Assembly: GCA_023254095.1 (NCBI GenBank)
Contig: JALNLM010000003.1
Span: 64,001 to 128,000 of the forward strand
DNA from: Candidatus Geocrenenecus huangii
GTDB taxonomy: Archaea; Thermoproteota; Nitrososphaeria_A; Caldarchaeales; Wolframiiraptoraceae
DNA length: 64,000 bases
Direction of reading: 5' to 3'
Each line of letters opens with the position of its first letter. Positions within the stretch are counted from its first letter, which is position 1. Both the position numbers and the translations under genes were made by a program. Below the pieces are notes generated by a model. That model saw only the letters and a list, made by a program, of their open reading frames with translations. It was not told the origin of the DNA and made no database searches. Below are positions 19,699-29,324 of the stretch, one piece after another.

Positions 19699-20388
19699 TC
19701 ATGCAGGGATTTTACAAGTTTCAGGGCTACTCATAGTCTTTAAGGACCTTAATGTTTCATTGATTACTCTAAATGCTTCATTCAGCTTTCTACCAGCTTC
19801 AATATAAGAGCTTTCATCAATTAGCTCTCTTGCTTCATCGATCAACTGCCTCAATTTTGTAGTAGAGTTCGATAAGAGTCCTCTAACTTCTTCATCGCTA
19901 GTCTTCTCATATAGATTTGTAAAGATGTTTAACCAGTGCTTGGCTCTCTCCAACTTACCCAAGAGCATATTCCTCAACATCAATTCTTCATGGTACGTCT
20001 CGTTACCGCCTAAAGGTGGAGGGGGCATAGATTTACGGAATAGAAACATAAGTTCTCTAAGCTTCCTCCAAGCCGAGAAACGGTCGCCTCTCTCCATAAA
20101 TCCGTAGGCTTCTTTGAGCAGGTCTTTAGCTTTCTCGATCTCGGCTTTGCTGAGGTATGGGGGACTACCAATTGGAGGCTGTTCTGCTTCTCTAATCTCT
20201 TTCTCCATTAAGTCTAGAAGCATTTTCAGATCATCCATCTCCTTTACTCTGAGATTTATGAAATAATTGTATGCTAGGATTATGGAGAGAGCTGACAATA
20301 CAACTACTATGCAGATGAAAGTGATCCACTTACTTCTCCCGGTGAACAGCTTGTTTACTGCTTTCACTAGTTTACTCTTGTTACTCAT
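19699..20388 (-). CDS. Hypothetical membrane-anchored alpha-helical protein; last gene of the ABC operon
   Basis: N-terminal TM; two similar helical units after Pro-rich linkers; overlaps the permease stop. Confidence 0.65.
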   Translation of the reverse strand: MSNKSKLVKAVNKLFTGRSKWITFICIVVVLSALSIILAYNYFINLRVKEMDDLKMLLDLMEKEIREAEQPPIGSPPYLSKAEIEKAKDLLKEAYGFMERGDRFSAWRKLRELMFLFRKSMPPPPLGGNETYHEELMLRNMLLGKLERAKHWLNIFTNLYEKTSDEEVRGLLSNSTTKLRQLIDEARELIDESSYIEAGRKLNEAFRVINETLRSLKTMSSPETCKIPA

Positions 20389-21637
20389 ACCTGAGCGCCT
20401 CCAATGGGGTATACTTGGCAGCTCTCCACGCTGGAATTATCCCTGCTAATAATCCTATTAGTACGGCCATCACTAATGCTGTTATTAATACTTCAGGAGT
20501 TATCTTGGGAGCTATCTGGAGTGTTAACATCGTCTGGCCCCCTCCACCTCCTGCACCAGGCATTCTCAAGTTACCGAATGGTGCAAAGAAGAAGTATCCT
20601 CCCACAGATCCCGCTATTATTCCTATTACTCCTCCCATAAATCCTATTAATATCGCTTCAGTTAGGAATATCCCAAGTATATGTCTTGTCTTGAAACCAA
20701 TTGCTTTAAGTATACCTATCTCCCTAATCCTCTCTGTAACTGATGTAAACATCGTCGTCATTATCGCCAGGAAGGCGACAACGAATGACATGAAGGCCAT
20801 GGAACCTAGAAACATTGAGAATTGACCTATCGTCTGCTGGATCGTCTGCACCATTTGCTGAGGTGAGAACGTTCTAACACCGTCTCCTAGAACATTTGTT
20901 ATCCCTCTCTGAACATCCTCTACATACTCAGCGTCTCTAGCGATCACTAATACCTGATTGTATGTTGACGTGCTTGCCAGCTTACTTCCAGCTTTCAGAG
21001 GAATAAATATAGTTGTATCAGGATTATAAAAAAGACCTTGACCATACTGTTTAAGCACTCCTATCACCTTCACTGTAATCATTCGCGTTTCACCTCTACC
21101 CGTAGTCGCCTCTATAGTTATTAAGTCGCTGATATTCACTTCCGGTAGGTCGCTTTGATCAGGTTTTGCAACCTTTGAACCTATCACTGCGATGTATCTT
21201 CCAGAACCCGAAATCTCTCCTTCTTGGATTTCTAATCCTTGAAAAATCTTTTCAAGAAGATCTAAGTCAACTGCAACGATTCTGTATGTTTCCTCACTTC
21301 CTGGAGTTAATTCTATTGTTTTACCTTTGATCTTCACTGTGGCTGCAGGTATGGTATATACTGGGGCTACTGCGTCTACATCTTCGATTTTAGATATTTT
21401 CTGTATTGTCTTGTCTGTAAACTCAACCCCGCTTCTCGGCATGGACGTCAACATGATCACGTTTGCACCTAAAGATTGTAGTCTACTTGTTAAAGCTTCT
21501 CCAAATCCTTGAGTTGAGGCAATTGCTGCAACGTAGAGGGCTGGGCCAATAACCATTCCAAGTATAGTTAAACTCGTTCTGAGTTTTCTAGATTTGAGAG
21601 CTGCAAAAGCCAGGTATAACATGTCAGGGAGCTTCAC
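20381..21637 (-). CDS. MacB/FtsX-family ABC transporter permease
   Basis: RKLRTSLTILG, ERIREIGILKAIG and PAWRAAK..P.EALRYE motifs. Confidence 0.93.
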   Translation of the reverse strand: MKLPDMLYLAFAALKSRKLRTSLTILGMVIGPALYVAAIASTQGFGEALTSRLQSLGANVIMLTSMPRSGVEFTDKTIQKISKIEDVDAVAPVYTIPAATVKIKGKTIELTPGSEETYRIVAVDLDLLEKIFQGLEIQEGEISGSGRYIAVIGSKVAKPDQSDLPEVNISDLITIEATTGRGETRMITVKVIGVLKQYGQGLFYNPDTTIFIPLKAGSKLASTSTYNQVLVIARDAEYVEDVQRGITNVLGDGVRTFSPQQMVQTIQQTIGQFSMFLGSMAFMSFVVAFLAIMTTMFTSVTERIREIGILKAIGFKTRHILGIFLTEAILIGFMGGVIGIIAGSVGGYFFFAPFGNLRMPGAGGGGGQTMLTLQIAPKITPEVLITALVMAVLIGLLAGIIPAWRAAKYTPLEALRYE

Positions 21638-23657
21638 GTTTTTTACGCCTCCTCAGCAAGATCATTACCGATACCCCGACGACAGCCGCTACCACTATTG
21701 AAATCAGGATAGGGTTCTGTAAAATCATATACGGTTGCCACCCACCTTGGATTGTTGTCTGGCGTTGTACTGTTCCTGTGGCAAATGAGCGTGTAGCAGT
21801 AGGAAGAATACTTCTCGAAGTTACTTCTATCTCTATTGTCTTTGAATATTCTGTAACCTCGCCGAAGACGTCGCTACATGAAATTGTGAGGTCTGCAGTG
21901 TATTTCCCAGGTCTTGCATTCTCCGCTACATCTACCGATACTGAGAATGACGCTTTTGAGAGACTAGATATATCGCCTATGTAGTATACAGAGTCTATCG
22001 TCTCGATTAAGGGTGGAGATGCTCTTACCCTTACTTCACATAGTTTGCCGGTTGATAATCCTCTGTTGTATATATCTCCAGAGATATCCAACGATTCGCC
22101 AGCGGCCACTGAGGTAGAAGAGAGAACAACTCCGCTGAACCCGAATCTTAAGTCAGGCTTTATTATTATCGGAACCATTACTTCATCTGTCTTCAGTTCT
22201 CCAGAGGGGTTGCGATAAGTTATTGAAAGTTTGCCGTATGAGGTGCCTGTTGAGGCTGATGGAGAAACTCTTACTGGAATCTCTAATTCTATAAAGCTTT
22301 TTGCAGGTATCTGCTCAAAATAGAATATGCCGTTGCTTGCTAATGCTAATGGAAGACTCTCGAAACTTGTCTTTATGATGATGTCCCTAATCGGCGAATC
22401 ATATGGATTCTCTATAACGATAGATAGATCATGGCTTTTGCCTATGATTACTTCAGGGTTTTTTATGTAGCCGGAGAGACTAACAGTGGGCGGAGACCTT
22501 ACTTCGACTTTTATCGTCTTGGATAGTGTCTGGGTAACACCATCTGAGGAAATGTATTCAGCTTGTATTGTAATAGGATAAAAGCCTTCAGATAATGCTC
22601 CTGGAGCACGCACGAGAAAACTAAAACTCAATTCCTTACCGGGATCAACTTTAGTAATTTTAATTCCGTTATCTAATATTATTAGGTCATTAGAGGAGAG
22701 GGAGACTTTAACCGAGTATATTGGGCTACTTCCAGTATTCATTATCTTGATACCTATATTTGAAGTAGAACCAGTAGTGAAGATTGGAGATTGCGTGGAG
22801 ATATCTAAATCACTGCTACCTGCTATCGTTACCGGGATGAAGATTTCTTGGTTTTGTATACTTAACCATCTATCGTAATAGTTTAAGACAAGCTTTAAGT
22901 TGTAAGTCCCGAGAGGGATGTCCGACTTTATGTTTAATGGGAATTTCAATGTAAAATACTGGCTCTCACTTGACTGCCCTGCATAACTAGCCTTGACTAA
23001 GTCTCCTCCTGTGAGATTAGTAAAGTGATCATTAAGATGTAGGGTTGCAGCAATGTTAGAGACCTCGTAGTATTTTGGGACAGTAAATGTTACCGAAAGA
23101 ATCTTATTGAAGTCACCAGGCCCCGCAGAAGTTTGAAGACCTTCACCATTAAGCCAGCTTATATCAATTATTCTAAATTCTGGCAGTGGCCACACATAGA
23201 TATCTATCTTTTTCAATGCCATTATCAGAGGATATTCTGGGTCACTACAATCGTAATAGAAGAAGTAAAGGTAGGCTTCGTATTTTCCGGGTTTAGCACT
23301 ACTATCAATTATCACGTCAAAGATAAGTTGTGCTTTATCTCCGAATCCTATCTGCTGATCAGTATATGTTGTTATGTTTCCAGGCTTAACGCCCTTGAAT
23401 GGGAATGGCCTAAAAGGATCTATTGGCCATAGGATGACTTTCAGACCACAAATAGTCTCGTCTTCAATTAAGCTTCTGAAATCAATTACTAGGTTTGCTC
23501 TATCACCAGGCATAGCCGCCATTTCTTTTCCTGACTCACCCCAATAAGCATCTATTATCTCTATCGTCCCTGTCTCGGCGTAAGCATATGGGAGCACAGT
23601 GTTCAGCAGAATAATACACGCTAATAGGAGATAGACTGCAACAGTTTTAGACTTCAT
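21624..23657 (-). CDS. S-layer-domain (COG1361-like) Ig-repeat surface protein
   Basis: Signal peptide, repeated N.G...PGKY beta-sandwich units, Thr-rich linker, C-terminal TM plus RRRKKR. Confidence 0.85.
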   Translation of the reverse strand: MKSKTVAVYLLLACIILLNTVLPYAYAETGTIEIIDAYWGESGKEMAAMPGDRANLVIDFRSLIEDETICGLKVILWPIDPFRPFPFKGVKPGNITTYTDQQIGFGDKAQLIFDVIIDSSAKPGKYEAYLYFFYYDCSDPEYPLIMALKKIDIYVWPLPEFRIIDISWLNGEGLQTSAGPGDFNKILSVTFTVPKYYEVSNIAATLHLNDHFTNLTGGDLVKASYAGQSSESQYFTLKFPLNIKSDIPLGTYNLKLVLNYYDRWLSIQNQEIFIPVTIAGSSDLDISTQSPIFTTGSTSNIGIKIMNTGSSPIYSVKVSLSSNDLIILDNGIKITKVDPGKELSFSFLVRAPGALSEGFYPITIQAEYISSDGVTQTLSKTIKVEVRSPPTVSLSGYIKNPEVIIGKSHDLSIVIENPYDSPIRDIIIKTSFESLPLALASNGIFYFEQIPAKSFIELEIPVRVSPSASTGTSYGKLSITYRNPSGELKTDEVMVPIIIKPDLRFGFSGVVLSSTSVAAGESLDISGDIYNRGLSTGKLCEVRVRASPPLIETIDSVYYIGDISSLSKASFSVSVDVAENARPGKYTADLTISCSDVFGEVTEYSKTIEIEVTSRSILPTATRSFATGTVQRQTTIQGGWQPYMILQNPILISIVVAAVVGVSVMILLRRRKKREAP

Positions 23658-24403
23658 GATTTCACCTCTTCCTTCTCGATTAAACCATCCCTAATGTAGA
23701 GTATTCTTTTTGCATATGATGCGATTTCAAGGTTATGTGTAACCATAACGATTGTTCTACCTTTCTCGTTAAGCCTCCTAAATAGTTCAGCGATCATTAC
23801 ACTGTTCTTTGAGTCTAGGTTTCCAGTAGGCTCATCTGCGAGAAGTATCTCGGGATTATTTATGAGAGCCCTAGCTATTGCGACCCTCTGCTGTTCTCCA
23901 CCGCTTAATCTTGTAGGCCTAGTATAAGCTTTATCTTTTAACCCAACTTCTTCAAGCAGCTTCAAGATTCTTTCTCTCCGTTCCTGAGAAGATACATCTT
24001 TTACGATTAGAGGTAGCTCAACATTCTTAAGGACTGGCAGGTATGGTACCAGGTTGTAGAATTGAAAAACGAAACCTATTTTTTCATTTCTAAGTTCAGC
24101 TAACTTATCATCCGAGAGCTTGTTGATGTCTACTCCTCCGATTAAGATTCTTCCGCTCGTCGGCCTATCTAATCCACCTATAAGATGCAGGAGAGTTGAT
24201 TTACCGCTTCCTGAAGGGCCGACTATGGCTATGAACTCTCCTCTTAAGATTTTAAGTGAGACACCTCTTAAAGCTTCTGTGGGAATACCATCTGATAAGT
24301 AGACTTTCTTAACATCAATTAATTCGATGACAACACTATCCATACCGATAGAGCCTTGCCCATATTCTTTAACAGAGCCAATTGCGGTCATCCCTGAACT
24401 CAT
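23654..24403 (-). CDS. LolD/MacB-type ABC transporter ATP-binding protein
   Basis: GPSGSGKST, GFVFQ, LSGGEQQR and DEPTGNLD motifs. Confidence 0.95.
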   Translation of the reverse strand: MSSGMTAIGSVKEYGQGSIGMDSVVIELIDVKKVYLSDGIPTEALRGVSLKILRGEFIAIVGPSGSGKSTLLHLIGGLDRPTSGRILIGGVDINKLSDDKLAELRNEKIGFVFQFYNLVPYLPVLKNVELPLIVKDVSSQERRERILKLLEEVGLKDKAYTRPTRLSGGEQQRVAIARALINNPEILLADEPTGNLDSKNSVMIAELFRRLNEKGRTIVMVTHNLEIASYAKRILYIRDGLIEKEEVKS

Positions 24404-24426
24404 GCATCATATATTGAGGGTGGATG

Positions 24427-24460
24427 CTATAAGGAACTTGATGAAACGTCGATGAAACGT
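24427..24460 (-). promoter_or_regulatory. ABC/S-layer operon promoter: TATA box plus phased direct repeats
   Basis: GATGAAACGT occurs at 24440 and 24451; minus strand reads GTTTCA-TCGAC-GTTTCA-TCAA-GTTCCT-TATAG, ending about 24 nt upstream of ATG 24403. Confidence 0.65.
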
Positions 24461-24789
24461 TCAAAGATAAGACGTGGAGTAGTATATAGAACAGCTTATT
24501 TCGTCTGATTATAAGTCAAGGTATACGGGTCTTGATCGACTTCTGATTCATTACTTCGTCTTCTTTACAAGCATTTGAAGTAGAAGCTATATCGGAAGAT
24601 GAATAATAATGGGAACTGATATACGGCTATGCTAAATTTCCAGGATAACTATATAATCGTATTTAAGTATGGATGCAGACTAGCATCCCAGATAATGTAG
24701 AATTACCTAACCTTCAGAAGTATTCCCCTCAATTCTATAAAAAATTATAGTATATATGAGAGTGCATGGAAATCTTAGCGTGATGTAGT

Positions 24790-25800
24790 ATGGAGAATGT
24801 CAGGTTTGCTGTGTATGGGGTTGGACCAATCGGTTCCCTCGTCGCTAGATACGGGTTAGAGAGAAAATGGATGGAGCTTGTCGCAGCATTCGATATAGAC
24901 CCAGTGAAGATTGGGAGAGATATTGGAGAACTTGTAGGTTTAGATGAAAGGATCGGGGTAGTTGTTCAGAAACCAAGTCTAGATATTTTAAGGTCAGTTA
25001 GGCCCGATGTTGTTCTCCATGCTACTGGAAGCTTTCTAGACAGGATCTACGAACAAATTCTAGAATCGGTGAAAGCAGGCTCAGACGTAATCTCCACATG
25101 CGAAACACTCTCCTACCCATACTATAGATATTCTGAGCTGGCAAACATACTCGACTTAGAAGCTAAGAAGAATAACTCGACAATACTTGGTGTTGGTGTA
25201 AACCCTGGGTTTCTGCTAGACCTTCTCCCAGCCATACTTACTACGCCATGTTTAAGAGTTGAAAAAGTCATAGCTAGAAGAATTATAGATGCTTCAAAAA
25301 GGAGAGAATCTTTCAGGAGGAAGATAGGACTTGGACTTGACAAAAAAATATTTGATGAGAAGATTAAGAATGGGGAGATTACAGCACATGTAGGATACGC
25401 TGAATCTATATGTTTGATAGCGGATGCGTTAGGGTTGAAACTAGACTTCATTGAGGAACGTCAAGAAGCGGTCATAGCAGAAAGAGAAGTGATGGTAGGC
25501 GGCATCAAGATAGATGCTGGAAGAGTTCGAGGTGTCAGGGGATATGGCGCAGGCATAAAGAATGATAAAGAGATATTGAAGATAGAGTTTACTGCGGCTG
25601 TAGGTGTAGAAGAAGAATTCGAAGAGATAATTATTGAAGGTGTTCCGAGAATTGTTTGGAGAAGCGTTGGCGGAACACCTGGAGACCTAGCTACCGCAGC
25701 CGTAGTCTTAAACTATGTTCCGATAGTTCTGAAGGCCGAGCCAGGCGTCGCAACCGTTAATAAGCTTAGACCTCCATCCTATTCTATGGTCGGAGTATAG
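24790..25800 (+). CDS. 2,4-diaminopentanoate dehydrogenase (Ord) / native amine dehydrogenase-like protein
   Basis: YGVGPIG Rossmann motif, STCETL, GVNPGF, KIG.GL, HVG and GD.ATAA motifs. Confidence 0.75.
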   Translation: MENVRFAVYGVGPIGSLVARYGLERKWMELVAAFDIDPVKIGRDIGELVGLDERIGVVVQKPSLDILRSVRPDVVLHATGSFLDRIYEQILESVKAGSDVISTCETLSYPYYRYSELANILDLEAKKNNSTILGVGVNPGFLLDLLPAILTTPCLRVEKVIARRIIDASKRRESFRRKIGLGLDKKIFDEKIKNGEITAHVGYAESICLIADALGLKLDFIEERQEAVIAEREVMVGGIKIDAGRVRGVRGYGAGIKNDKEILKIEFTAAVGVEEEFEEIIIEGVPRIVWRSVGGTPGDLATAAVVLNYVPIVLKAEPGVATVNKLRPPSYSMVGV

Positions 25801-25803
25801 ACT

Positions 25804-27066
25804 CTATGGCCAGATTCCACGAGAATTAATTGCATCGGCTACTCTCTCTACTGCTAGCACCATTGCAGCCTTCCTAAATGGGATTCTGTATTTCTCTACA
25901 TGGTTTAAGACGTCGTTGAATGCTTTCACAATTTTATCTTCAAGCTTCTTTAATACTTCTTCTTTAGTCCATCGGAACATTTGGAGATTTTGAACCCATT
26001 CTAGGTAGCTTACCGTTACCCCACCTGCATTAGCAAGGATATCTGGTATGACCTTGACCTTCTTTTCTTCTAGGATTCTGTCAGCCTCCGGCGTTGTTGG
26101 ACCATTTGCACCTTCAACGATTACCTTTGCTTTGATATTGTTTGCATTGCCTTTATGTATCTGACCTTCTAGAGCTGCTGGAATCAGGAAGTCACATTCA
26201 ATCTCTAATAATTCCTCATTCGTCAGATTCTTTGCATCAGCAAAGTTTACTACGCTTCCAGTCTTCTTCTTATGCTCCATAACCTTGTAGGGATTTAAGC
26301 CATCCTTAAGTAGTATCCCTCCTTTAGAATCGCTTACAGCTATTATTCGTGCTCCCCAGTCATGGAGTATCTCAGCAGCATATGATCCTACATTCCCATA
26401 TCCTTGTATAACTATCTTAGCATTCTTTAACGGTATGTCAAACTTCTTCGCAGACTCTCTAACACATACTGCAACACCATATGAAGTTGCCTCGGCCCTG
26501 CCTTCCGACCCGCCCAGGCTGACGGGTTTACCTGTAACTACAGCAGGTGTCGGCTCTCCCTTCAGCTGACTGTATGTATCCATTATCCAGGCCATCGTCT
26601 GAGCGTCAGTATAGACATCGGGCGCAGGTATATCCGTCAACGGTCCAATAATGCTGCTAATCATAGCGGTGTATCTTCTGGTTAATCTTTCCAACTCACT
26701 ATTTGACATCTCTTTAGGATTGCATCTAACCCCGCCTTTCGCCCCACCATAAGGTAGGTCTACTACAGCGGTCTTCCAAGTCATAAGCATAGCTAAAGCA
26801 GTAACCTCTTCAACTGTAACTGAGGGATGATATCTTATGCCGCCTTTATATGGTCCACGCGCACTACTATGCTGTACTCTTACACCCATAAACGTCCTGA
26901 TCGATCCATCATCCATCTTAACTGGGATTGAAACGATTAAAGTTCTCTTAGGAATCTTCAGGAACTCTCTCAACCCTTCATCGAGCTTCAAAATATCTGC
27001 AGCTTCTTCAAACTGCTTAATTGCTGATTCGAGAAATTCTTTACCACTTACAGAACTTGCCGACAA
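25804..27066 (-). CDS. gdhA: Glutamate dehydrogenase
   Basis: GPYKGGIR, GGAKGG, DIPAPD, QGYGNVG, EGANGP and NAGGV motifs. Confidence 0.95.
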   Translation of the reverse strand: MSASSVSGKEFLESAIKQFEEAADILKLDEGLREFLKIPKRTLIVSIPVKMDDGSIRTFMGVRVQHSSARGPYKGGIRYHPSVTVEEVTALAMLMTWKTAVVDLPYGGAKGGVRCNPKEMSNSELERLTRRYTAMISSIIGPLTDIPAPDVYTDAQTMAWIMDTYSQLKGEPTPAVVTGKPVSLGGSEGRAEATSYGVAVCVRESAKKFDIPLKNAKIVIQGYGNVGSYAAEILHDWGARIIAVSDSKGGILLKDGLNPYKVMEHKKKTGSVVNFADAKNLTNEELLEIECDFLIPAALEGQIHKGNANNIKAKVIVEGANGPTTPEADRILEEKKVKVIPDILANAGGVTVSYLEWVQNLQMFRWTKEEVLKKLEDKIVKAFNDVLNHVEKYRIPFRKAAMVLAVERVADAINSRGIWP

Positions 27067-27217
27067 TATGCTCTCACATATTCTAGAATACCTGGCCTAT
27101 ATTTAACTAATCTTTCCGATAAACATCAGATAAGGTTTATTATTTGGTCTTAAGAGGAGATCTACATTGTTAAATCTTCTCGGAAAACTATTTACAGCTT
27201 AATCCTAAGAATCATTG

Positions 27218-28639
27218 TTATATCTTCTCAATCTTTGAATAAGATTCTACATGTATTTCAGGCTCATTGAACAGATTTAACTTCACTGTTATCCATTTTA
27301 GCCTAATCTTTTCTCCTTCGGGAATCTGAGCTATTTCCTGAGCTTTGGAACGCCATGCTACACCTCGTATAGCCGTGTCTTCATCTTTAAGCCAGAACAG
27401 TATCTTCTCTGCAGCACCATATCTCGTTTCAACTTTTACAATGTTTGTCTTGGTGTACAATGTTCCCTCAATGGTTACGTCTTCTAATACGTCCGGCTTC
27501 TCTTCAATTATTTTCCTCAGGCTGGTTATCCTATTAGGTATCGGGATCTCCACGCCTGGACTCTCAATCTTCTTTATCATCTCCTTTTCTAAAGTTATCC
27601 TTCCAAGAGTCTTCTTTTCATCGGTTAATCCGTATACTTCTATGTATTCTCCAGGCTTCAAGTCTAATCCTCCACGATATGTTAACTGTATTATCTTTCT
27701 TCCGTCCGTGGCTATTATTATGCTGTAGCTTGGCTGAGTTTTCACGTCGATTATTCTTAGAATCTTCTTTCCGCTCTGCTCATCCATGATTTCTTTAACC
27801 TTATCCAAGTCCACCTTATTCACCATTGCTAGGCTACTCCTAGAAGTTAGAGAGAATCTACCATCTTGGAATTTAACGTCGGTAATGAACACCTCTACTC
27901 CTGGAGAAAGATTCCTGAATTGCTCAATCATATCTCTCCATACATTAAGCTTTGCTAGGATAGACCCATCAGAAAGAGTTAATTCGATAACTGATGCTTC
28001 CCCATATCTTGTAGCTACTTTCTTCTCTTCACTTATTGAGATAAGGTATCCTCTCATATCGTATACTCCCTCACCTTCCATTATTACCTGGCTTAGAGTC
28101 CTATAGAAGAGGTGAGGATCCGGCTGGGCTGGGTCAGTAGGCAGCTTCTTGATAGTACTGTTTTTACCTACATGGATTTCGACTGTTCCCGTCTCGATCT
28201 TCTCTTTCGTATATGCATTCATAACCGCTATACTATCACCAATCTTTACTGAAAGACTAGTTAATTCATCTATCTTCTCGTTCCACGCATATACTTCAGC
28301 TACCCCTGTCTTATCCCCTATCTTTAATCGGAGTATCCTATGTTCTCCAGCGATTTTGGGTCCTATGACCGCATACACTACTCCTCTAACGTTTACACTG
28401 TTGAGTCCTGGAACTAGGTCTCCAATCATCGTATAAGCTAATTCTTCCATTAAATCCTCTGGAACTTCCTTCGATTCTAGGACTTTTAGTTCTTCAGCTA
28501 CTAGCAGTATCGCACCAACTTTATTCAAGTAGGGATGAGTCTTGACTTTCTCATTTACAAGTGCCTCTAATTCATCGATAGTTAAGCCTGGAACTGCTTT
28601 GAGGATCCTCGCCATCAACCGCCTATACTCTTCTTCCAT
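27218..28639 (-). CDS. rpa: Replication protein A-like multi-OB-fold ssDNA-binding protein
   Basis: N-terminal helical domain (GAILLVAEEL) followed by several OB folds (IGDL.PG..VNV.G, D.TG...W, TRYG). Confidence 0.75.
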   Translation of the reverse strand: MEEEYRRLMARILKAVPGLTIDELEALVNEKVKTHPYLNKVGAILLVAEELKVLESKEVPEDLMEELAYTMIGDLVPGLNSVNVRGVVYAVIGPKIAGEHRILRLKIGDKTGVAEVYAWNEKIDELTSLSVKIGDSIAVMNAYTKEKIETGTVEIHVGKNSTIKKLPTDPAQPDPHLFYRTLSQVIMEGEGVYDMRGYLISISEEKKVATRYGEASVIELTLSDGSILAKLNVWRDMIEQFRNLSPGVEVFITDVKFQDGRFSLTSRSSLAMVNKVDLDKVKEIMDEQSGKKILRIIDVKTQPSYSIIIATDGRKIIQLTYRGGLDLKPGEYIEVYGLTDEKKTLGRITLEKEMIKKIESPGVEIPIPNRITSLRKIIEEKPDVLEDVTIEGTLYTKTNIVKVETRYGAAEKILFWLKDEDTAIRGVAWRSKAQEIAQIPEGEKIRLKWITVKLNLFNEPEIHVESYSKIEKI

Positions 28640-28725
28640 GATACCTATCTATATGATCGTCAATAGAGACTAAAAGAGTTTTGTCTTTCACTCTCCTGTA
28701 TTCCAAGATTATCAATTTCATTTCA

Positions 28726-29292
28726 TTAAGGTTTCATAGTCCATTCTTTCTCCTTGTACCCTTTCTCCAAGTTGATGTATCTAGCCAGTAGGAATAGTAG
28801 TGTTGAGATCCTATTTACGTAAGCCAAGACTTCTGGCTGAATAGATTCTCTTCTTGATAGAGTTGTTAATCTACGTTCTATTCTTCTAGCTATTGACCTT
28901 GAAACATGTAGTATCGCAGCAGATTCGTGGCCCCCTGGAAATATAAATCTTCTAAGAGTAGGTAGTTTAGCTTCGTACTCCATGACCCAGGCCTCTAAGC
29001 TTTCTAGAGACCTCTTGACCATCTCGCGTATAATCGGGTCTTCATGCTGTAATTGGATCCGGTAACCTATAATGAACAAGTGTTCTTGAAGTGTTTCTAA
29101 GATCATGCAAATATTTTCTTCTTCAATAATCGATCTCGCCAACCCTATGAAGGATGAGAGCTCGTCGAGGCCGCCGATGACTTCAAGTCGAAGATCATCT
29201 TTCCAGACTTTCTCACCAGATAGGAGGTACGTTTCACCCTTGTCTCCTCTGCCATACTTCGTCATATCGCTCATCTGAATTTTTATTATCAT
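28726..29292 (-). CDS. pduO: PduO-type ATP:cob(I)alamin adenosyltransferase
   Basis: GDKGET, DELSSFIG, FIFPGG, RRIER and NR.S..LF.LAR motifs. Confidence 0.9.
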   Translation of the reverse strand: MIIKIQMSDMTKYGRGDKGETYLLSGEKVWKDDLRLEVIGGLDELSSFIGLARSIIEEENICMILETLQEHLFIIGYRIQLQHEDPIIREMVKRSLESLEAWVMEYEAKLPTLRRFIFPGGHESAAILHVSRSIARRIERRLTTLSRRESIQPEVLAYVNRISTLLFLLARYINLEKGYKEKEWTMKP

Positions 29293-29324
29293 GGTCTGAT
29301 TTCAATCTTTACATAACCTGCTTT

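Noticed and set aside
24440-24460. GATGAAAC direct repeat as a CRISPR remnant
   Set aside because: Only two 10-nt units 1 nt apart, with no spacers and no cas genes; better explained as operator repeats
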